Source of the DNA: a virus
Length of the DNA stretch: 45,653 bases
Reading direction: 5' to 3' (one strand)
Virus record (IMG/VR): IMGVR_UViG_3300045988_115079
Part shown: positions 40,543 through 45,653 of the stretch, piece after piece
How the letters are laid out: every line of letters starts with the position of its first letter
Numbering within the stretch: the stretch's first letter is position 1
The notes under the pieces: generated by a model
Told to the model about the DNA's origin: nothing
What the model saw: only the letters and a program-made list of their open reading frames with translations
The model's database searches: none
Made by a program: the position numbers and the translations under genes

Positions 40543-40817
40543 TCCCGCATATTCCCTTCATTCCATGCTTTTACCGCATCTTCCGGCTTTTCAAACGTTT
40601 CCTTCGCTTCGTTGCATCTGCATAAAAAATTGCTGCAAACAACCGTATACTTATCATCGTATTTCATTCCGCAAATCGGGAAATGCAACAGGTTGGCTTT
40701 AAAACCACAAAGTGAACACGATTTCAATTGCTTCTCCAACCTTTCGCGCTTTATTTCTTGTTGTCCGCGAATAAACGCTCCAATTGCTTTTTCATCTCTG
40801 AGATTTATAGTTATCAT
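40539..40817 (-). CDS. Divergent Lar-like protein, paralogue 3
   Basis: LKSCSLCGFKANLLHFP...CSNFLCRC...EDAVKAWNEG. Confidence 0.45.
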   Translation of the reverse strand: MITINLRDEKAIGAFIRGQQEIKRERLEKQLKSCSLCGFKANLLHFPICGMKYDDKYTVVCSNFLCRCNEAKETFEKPEDAVKAWNEGNMRE

Positions 40818-41023
40818 TATTGCACCTCCATCAAATCTTCCAGCGTCACCCTCGGGCGCTCCTGCCCGTCTACTTCATCCTCATGCGCCGCAACGCCATC
40901 TTCATACGGCTCCCACGCTTCATAACCGCCGCCAGCTTCGCATTCGAAGGTCAGATTGATTCGGCAATGATCGCGCCCGCCGCCGAGGTCGTGCATACAT
41001 GTGCTGCAATCTCTGTTTTGCAT
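40817..41023 (-). CDS. Hypothetical acidic Cys-containing protein (68 aa)
   Basis: Packed ORF. Confidence 0.5.
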   Translation of the reverse strand: MQNRDCSTCMHDLGGGRDHCRINLTFECEAGGGYEAWEPYEDGVAAHEDEVDGQERPRVTLEDLMEVQ

Positions 41024-41035
41024 TTCGCTCCCCCC

Positions 41036-41302
41036 TCAGAAATACGTCCCGTTATCGGCATATCTGTCGGGTTCATATTCAGGGCTATGCGGGCGGCGAT
41101 TCACCGGAAGCAGAAGTTCATACTGTTCCGCATCCAGCCCGTAAGTATCCGCAATCCTCTGCGCGATACCTGGCACGGTCACTTCGCGCGTATCCTGTTC
41201 CAGCATTTCCAGCAACCGCCATGAACACCGGCATACACGCGCCATCGCGACCAGATCAACATCCAACTTCTTGCGCGCTTCAATCATGCATGTGCGTTCC
41301 AT
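41036..41302 (-). CDS. HTH-like small protein (88 aa)
   Basis: Start ATG 41302 (TAATG coupling). IEARKKLDVDLVAMARVCRCSWRLLEMLE resembles an XRE-type HTH. Confidence 0.45.
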   Translation of the reverse strand: MERTCMIEARKKLDVDLVAMARVCRCSWRLLEMLEQDTREVTVPGIAQRIADTYGLDAEQYELLLPVNRRPHSPEYEPDRYADNGTYF

Positions 41303-41427
41303 TATTTCCGCGTCACCTCCCGATACTCCCTGCGTCCTTCGTAGTACTTTTTCCATTCAATGATGGCGTACAGTCGATCAATTGCAACGCCGAGGGCGAC
41401 CAGCCCGAATGCTCCCCAAATCGTCAT
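41302..41427 (-). CDS. Small membrane protein (41 aa), not in the ORF track
   Basis: MTIWGAFGLVALGVAIDRLYAIIEWKKYYEGRREYREVTRK. AAGGAAG upstream. Confidence 0.45.
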   Translation of the reverse strand: MTIWGAFGLVALGVAIDRLYAIIEWKKYYEGRREYREVTRK

Positions 41428-41474
41428 GTTGTTTCTTCCTTTCGCTTATGTGAACTATTCTCAGTTCATCGTAT

Positions 41475-41849
41475 TTATCGTTCGGTTATAGTGATCTCCG
41501 TCCGTGGGTTATCCTTGTCGTATTTCACGCTACTTCCATCGTGTGAAGATACGATCTGACAATTATCATCCTCCAGCACGCCCGCCGCGACCAGTATGTC
41601 ACAGGTCGCTTCCAGACAGTTGACCAAATCCACCCTGCGGCGCGTCGGCATGTAATACACCGCCTTGAGATTTACCGGATAATGGATCTTCCTGCGCAGC
41701 TCGCCGCCGATCTGGCGCAGACAATCCGCTTCGTAGTCCTTGTATTGCTTCGATGGGATTGGGATAATCCGCCCTCCCGCGCGAATCATGCGCTGGCTGT
41801 TTTTCTTCGTCCTCGGCGCGCCGTACAGCGTGAATTCGATCTGTTCCAT
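41475..41849 (-). CDS. rusA: RusA-family Holliday junction resolvase
   Basis: YGAPRTKKNSQR...PSKQYKDYE...DLVNCLEATCDILVAAGVLEDDN matches RusA motifs. Confidence 0.75.
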   Translation of the reverse strand: MEQIEFTLYGAPRTKKNSQRMIRAGGRIIPIPSKQYKDYEADCLRQIGGELRRKIHYPVNLKAVYYMPTRRRVDLVNCLEATCDILVAAGVLEDDNCQIVSSHDGSSVKYDKDNPRTEITITER

Positions 41850-42008
41850 GCCCTGTGTATCTCACCTCCGTTTTTTCGTATCGCGTCAGAAGCCTTTATT
41901 TGCCCCTGTAAGCCGTTTTCACCCTCGGATAGGGATTTATCGTTCAAACCGTCAGAAAGCGTTTTGGGCGGCTTTCTGTGCGTCTGACGCACATTTGCGT
42001 GTTGCGTT

Positions 42009-42860
42009 TCATCCTGCAAACCGCAAACGGTAGTTGTTGTCCTGCGTTCGTCCGATGTTGAAGCAGTATTTCCCGCACATCTCGATGATTCTGCCGCCAA
42101 GCGCCGCATCCACATCTGCGATCTCCGCTACGTACCATTCGGATGAAATGATAGTGATCTTACCGGCGAGATAGCGATGGTTCAAAATTTCCCGTGCAAG
42201 TCGGATATCTGCATCGTTGACGCGCTCTTTACGTTTACTGAAAAAATCGTCTATGTACAGCACATCCACGTTCTTCAGTCGGATCATGCGATTCTGATAG
42301 GGTTCCGCGTCCGTGATCATCGATTTCAGTTCAACGCTTTCGCTCTCCCACAGCATGTAATGCACATCGTACTCCGCTAGCAGGTTCCGGCAAATCGCAG
42401 TGCAGATATGCGTTTTCCCGCCGCCGCTCTGCCCGCCGATGAAAAACCATTTCGCGGTATCGTCCTTCAGGAACGCTTGCGCGGTATCCTTGATTCTCCG
42501 CTGCCAATCGGCGGTTGCGTTGTAGCGCTGGAACGTGTATTTGCTGATTACGTCACCCAGACCGGAATTCCGCAATCTGCGAATAGATTGTCGTGCTTTG
42601 CGACATTCGCAGTCAGCGCGAACAACGTACTTCCCATTCGCGTGGTAGATATATCCGCGGTTCCGGCACTTCTCGCACACATAGCCGTCAACCTGATCTT
42701 CATGCCCGATTTCGCGGTTCAGGCTCTGCGCGTCGCGCTCCGCTTTTTCCTCCGGCGTGAATGCCTTGTAATTCTCAAAGGATTTTGTTCCACCCCGCGC
42801 CGCGCTCATATGCATCATCAGCTCGCGCATCTCCGCGCCCATGTCCAGCATTCCCATCAC
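42009..42860 (-). CDS. DnaC/IstB-like AAA+ helicase loader
   Basis: Walker A GGQSGGGKTH and Walker B VLYIDDF. N-terminal Cys4 (CEKCRNRG...CEC). The exact start is uncertain because several Met codons overlap the upstream gene. Confidence 0.75.
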   Translation of the reverse strand: MMGMLDMGAEMRELMMHMSAARGGTKSFENYKAFTPEEKAERDAQSLNREIGHEDQVDGYVCEKCRNRGYIYHANGKYVVRADCECRKARQSIRRLRNSGLGDVISKYTFQRYNATADWQRRIKDTAQAFLKDDTAKWFFIGGQSGGGKTHICTAICRNLLAEYDVHYMLWESESVELKSMITDAEPYQNRMIRLKNVDVLYIDDFFSKRKERVNDADIRLAREILNHRYLAGKITIISSEWYVAEIADVDAALGGRIIEMCGKYCFNIGRTQDNNYRLRFAG

Positions 42861-43515
42861 CGCCTTTTATCGCGTACACGTCCTGCCATCCATTCACGAT
42901 CGATTGATTCAGTATCTCGATCTTTTCCGATACGCTGCCTGCCAGTTGATCCAGCTTCCGAAGCGCCAATGTCAGCGCGTAATTGGTCATTGGCTTGCGA
43001 ATTCGCTTGCGCATCTTGATGTATTCCAGTAATGTATCTCTTAGATTCTTATCTTCCGTATACTCTTCAATGATTGAATTATAGGATTCTTTAGTATCAT
43101 CAACTACTTCACTATTACTTTCTTTATTATCTTTATTATTAACTATATTATTGGGTAAACTTTTTTGAATACCCCCATTCAAATTTTTTGAATACCCCAT
43201 TAAACTTTTTTGACCACCGGTAAATTTAGTTACATGGTATTCACAGAACTTGACGCCCTTGATCGTGTTATCAACCTTGACGATATAGCCCTTATCTACA
43301 AGCGATTTCAGGCACTTAATGACGCATTGTTTCGTGGTGTTCGTCCAGTCCGCAAGGTACTGAAGTCCTCCGCTGAACGTCTGTCCTTCCGCCTGTGAGA
43401 ACCCGTAAATACAGGCGTAGATAATCAACTCGTTACCCTTCAAGTCGAGGTCGGTAATCATCCAGCCTTGCAGGATAACATAGTTTTCGCGCTTTACGTT
43501 GTTCCCCGTAGCCAT
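42775..43515 (-). CDS. Replisome organizer / replication initiator (N-terminal wHTH + DnaD-like C-terminal domain)
   Basis: ATG 43515 after GGAGGGCGGGATAGAG. C-terminus LLEYIKMRKRIRKPMTNYALTLALRKLDQL is DnaD-like. Iterons lie in the central linker. Confidence 0.6.
   Translation of the reverse strand: MATGNNVKRENYVILQGWMITDLDLKGNELIIYACIYGFSQAEGQTFSGGLQYLADWTNTTKQCVIKCLKSLVDKGYIVKVDNTIKGVKFCEYHVTKFTGGQKSLMGYSKNLNGGIQKSLPNNIVNNKDNKESNSEVVDDTKESYNSIIEEYTEDKNLRDTLLEYIKMRKRIRKPMTNYALTLALRKLDQLAGSVSEKIEILNQSIVNGWQDVYAIKGGDGNAGHGRGDARADDAYERGAGWNKIL
43157..43218. repeat. Three iteron-like direct repeats in an AT-rich stretch (candidate origin of replication)
   Basis: aaacttttttgaataccc, caaattttttgaatacccc and taaacttttttgaccacc, spaced about 21-23 bp apart. 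Confidence 0.6.
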
Positions 43516-43517
43516 CT

Positions 43518-43763
43518 CTATCCCGCCCTCCGAAGGTAGTATCGCTTCACGCGGCATTTTTCGCCGCTCCGGTTGCGCACTTCAACCATCTCGCCGTCAA
43601 TTCTGTGCCCAAGTTCGCGCAGTTCGAATATCCTTGCGCCCAGCCGCATCACGCCCAGATGCTTCAGCGCATCCAACTGCGTTATACTGCCGTGCTGGCG
43701 CAGGTAATCCAGAACCATCTGGTTCTGATTGGGGCTGTCGCCCCGAATACGTGTAATGTCCAT
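43518..43763 (-). CDS. Winged-helix DNA-binding protein (HTH_39-like)
   Basis: ATG 43763. MVLDYLRQHGSITQLDALKHLGVMRLGARIFELRELGHRI. Confidence 0.45.
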   Translation of the reverse strand: MDITRIRGDSPNQNQMVLDYLRQHGSITQLDALKHLGVMRLGARIFELRELGHRIDGEMVEVRNRSGEKCRVKRYYLRRAG

Positions 43764-43844
43764 GATCACACCACTTTCCGGCGCAATTATCGCAATTGCG
43801 CACGCATTCACAGAAATCGCACATCATGCTCATTGTTCGTGTTT

Positions 43845-44357
43845 TCACCGGAAACGAACGCCGCTTGTAATCTTGATCGTGATTCCAGGCAGGATTTCGC
43901 CCGTCTGCTTGAACGCTTTCATGATCGCCGTTTTATCGACCTTTGGCGGCTGTGGCGTTGTGTATTCCTCCGGAACTTCCCATGCGTCCAGCACATCGAC
44001 GCTGGTCGTATCCTGCACATAGAACTTGCCAATGTCGGTCGAAATACCGCGTAGTCCGGCGCTCAGCATCGCGCTCGTCAGATATTCCTTCAGGCGCTTT
44101 GCGCGGTTTTCCTTCGCTTTCGCCTGTGCGGTCAGCCGGTCAGCTTCCGCTTTGAAGATGCTCGCCTTCGCCGTCAGTTCATCCGCATCTGCCTTAATGT
44201 TTTTCAGGATCATTGCGTAATTGTTCGCCTTTTCGCTCATGTCCGATGACACCGCATCGATCTCCGCAATGATCGCTTCCGCCTGTTCCTCGGATTCGCA
44301 ATCATCCAGCGCGGCAACCAGCCGCGCATAAGCATCCGTCAATTCATACATCTTCAT
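43845..44357 (-). CDS. Siphovirus Gp157-like protein
   Basis: 170 aa coiled-coil protein. Position and pattern (MKMYELTDAY...NYAMILKNIKADADELTAKASIFKAEADRL) are typical of Gp157. Confidence 0.55.
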   Translation of the reverse strand: MKMYELTDAYARLVAALDDCESEEQAEAIIAEIDAVSSDMSEKANNYAMILKNIKADADELTAKASIFKAEADRLTAQAKAKENRAKRLKEYLTSAMLSAGLRGISTDIGKFYVQDTTSVDVLDAWEVPEEYTTPQPPKVDKTAIMKAFKQTGEILPGITIKITSGVRFR

Positions 44358-44363
44358 GATTCA

Positions 44364-44933
44364 TCACTCCCAGGGCATTTTTTCGTCTTCAACAGGGGTA
44401 AACGCCGTGTTTGCCGGTGCAGTTGCGCTGTAAGCGCGAAGGCGCTTGATTTCAGGCGTTTTCACGCCGTCGCGGATACTTTGTACGCTTCGCGGGAAAG
44501 CCGGTCTGACGGTCGTTTTAATCTCTCCTGTGTTCGTTTCGAATTCTTCCTCGCGGAATACCATGCCGACCATCTTATTCGCAAGCGTCGCTTCCTGCCA
44601 GTTCCACTTATAGCCCGCGTTCGATTCTTCGATGGACTTGATCAGCCCCTTGAAATATGGGCTTGTCTGACCGTCAAACCCAAGCGTCAATTGCCGAAGC
44701 GTGCAGCCCCATGCTGCATTGGGATTGTTTGCCTTTTTGCGTTCGAACTGCCGCTTCGCGTATCCGGCGTATTCGCCTTCGGCGATTTCCAGCGCCAGCA
44801 CAAGCATTTCAGATCCATTTGCGCTCTTTTCGCACCACGCTTTCAGAATTCGGCAGATATAGCCGCCAGCGGGCAAGCGCTCAACGCTGCCATCATAAGA
44901 TGCGGCGTTATCATAACCGGGGGTAATGTTCAT
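44364..44933 (-). CDS. DUF669-like protein (SSB-like partner of Sak4-type recombinases)
   Basis: LPAGGYICRI... motif and synteny directly after the Sak4-like ATPase. Confidence 0.5.
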   Translation of the reverse strand: MNITPGYDNAASYDGSVERLPAGGYICRILKAWCEKSANGSEMLVLALEIAEGEYAGYAKRQFERKKANNPNAAWGCTLRQLTLGFDGQTSPYFKGLIKSIEESNAGYKWNWQEATLANKMVGMVFREEEFETNTGEIKTTVRPAFPRSVQSIRDGVKTPEIKRLRAYSATAPANTAFTPVEDEKMPWE

Positions 44934-45571
44934 TGGTTGTCGCCCTCCTTGTAATATTCCACGATCTGTTGATCTACGTAATTCAGGTCATTATCGATTT
45001 CCAGCGCGTCAAACATGCCCATCGGGCTTTTCGCCGTATCCATGCCGTCGCTCTGCGTGCGGAATACGTGCTTGCCGTCCGATATCATGCAGCGCAGACA
45101 GATCGTAAACATGCCTTCCAAGCACACTTTTTCATCGATCAGCTTGCCGATGGTTTTGGGCTTCACCTGCCCAAAGTCGTTCATGTCTTCATGCATGATC
45201 AAGTACACGCGAGCATTGCTCGGTTCGGCGCGGATCGCTTCGATCAGATTCCAGAATCGATCGCCGATGGAGTTGTACAGCGTGAACACGCCGTTCCCGG
45301 CTCCGGCATTGCTGTGACCGCGCATGAACATGTTCGTAATCAGATACCCAGCATCATCCACGATGATAATGTCGCGCCCTTTCTTCGGCGCGGAAGCGAT
45401 GCACGCGGCGACTTTGTTGTAATCATCGGTCACGACCTGCGTGAACTTCCCGCGGAACGGCAGGGGCTTGCCCAGTACGTTTACCAATGCAACGCGGTTC
45501 GGGTCAAGGTTGCGCAGGGAAGCGCTCTTGCCGCTGCCGCTCTTACCAATCAATAATACAGGGATCGCCAT
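44930..45571 (-). CDS. Sak4-like RecA-fold AAA ATPase
   Basis: Walker A LLIGKSGSGKS and Walker B IIIVDD. 213 aa. Confidence 0.7.
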   Translation of the reverse strand: MAIPVLLIGKSGSGKSASLRNLDPNRVALVNVLGKPLPFRGKFTQVVTDDYNKVAACIASAPKKGRDIIIVDDAGYLITNMFMRGHSNAGAGNGVFTLYNSIGDRFWNLIEAIRAEPSNARVYLIMHEDMNDFGQVKPKTIGKLIDEKVCLEGMFTICLRCMISDGKHVFRTQSDGMDTAKSPMGMFDALEIDNDLNYVDQQIVEYYKEGDNQ

Positions 45572-45572
45572 A

Positions 45573-45653
45573 TCAGTTATCCTCCGTTGCGTCCATGCCG
45601 TCAGCGTAGCGCTTCAATTCGTCAAGCTTTGCTTTCAGCTTTTTGTTTTCCTC
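45573..45653 (-). CDS. C-terminal part of the junction-spanning coiled-coil protein (see 1..163)
   Basis: ...KRYADGMDATEDN, with stop at 45573-45575, 1 nt before the ATG of the Sak4-like gene. Confidence 0.6.
   Translation of the reverse strand, partial: EENKKLKAKLDELKRYADGMDATEDN
45599..45653. repeat. Terminal direct repeat; identical to 1..55
   Basis: Read directly. Confidence 0.95.

Overview
The window is a complete, circularly closed genome of a temperate siphovirus-like phage or excised prophage. Bases 1-55 are identical to 45599-45653, so the unique length is about 45,598 bp. The host is probably a Gram-positive, likely spore-forming Firmicute; I infer this from the GGAGG ribosome-binding sites, the XhlA/holin/PG-binding-SH3 endolysin lysis cassette and sporulation-like accessory genes.

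Nearly all genes are on the minus strand. In transcription order (descending coordinates):
- Cro-like early operon (2645 down to 166, continuing across the junction).
- Recombination and replication module: Sak4-like ATPase, DUF669, Gp157, wHTH protein, replisome organizer with internal iterons, DnaC-like loader, RusA.
- A long run of small genes: three Lar-type restriction-alleviation paralogues, DUF551, Gp37/Gp68, ThyX-like, DNA methyltransferase, MazG-like.
- Sigma-region-4-type late activator.
- terS, then terL interrupted by a LAGLIDADG intein.
- Portal, MuF-like protein, scaffold, major capsid protein, connectors, major tail protein.
- Chaperone pair with a T_TTT_TTT -1 frameshift, tape measure protein, tail tip and fibre genes.
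- Endolysin, XhlA, holin.

The plus-strand lysogeny module (2752-6321) holds a CI-like repressor, a membrane-anchored XRE protein, a secreted protein and a tyrosine integrase. It is followed by an attP that contains the 3' half of a tRNA-Met.

Most notable non-standard content:
1. An insulated promoter-to-terminator RNA gene (9190-9414) with no ORF. Its 5' region is 17/19 identical to the Cas12a crRNA handle, making it a candidate RNA anti-CRISPR or solitary repeat-spacer unit.
2. A terminator-bracketed six-gene accessory cassette (6573-9048) with spore-coat/exosporium-like features.
3. A self-contained opposite-strand cassette (30698-32967) inserted between the late activator and terS.
4. A candidate class-3 intein in the terL P-loop.

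All functional calls come from motif recognition by eye. No database search was run.
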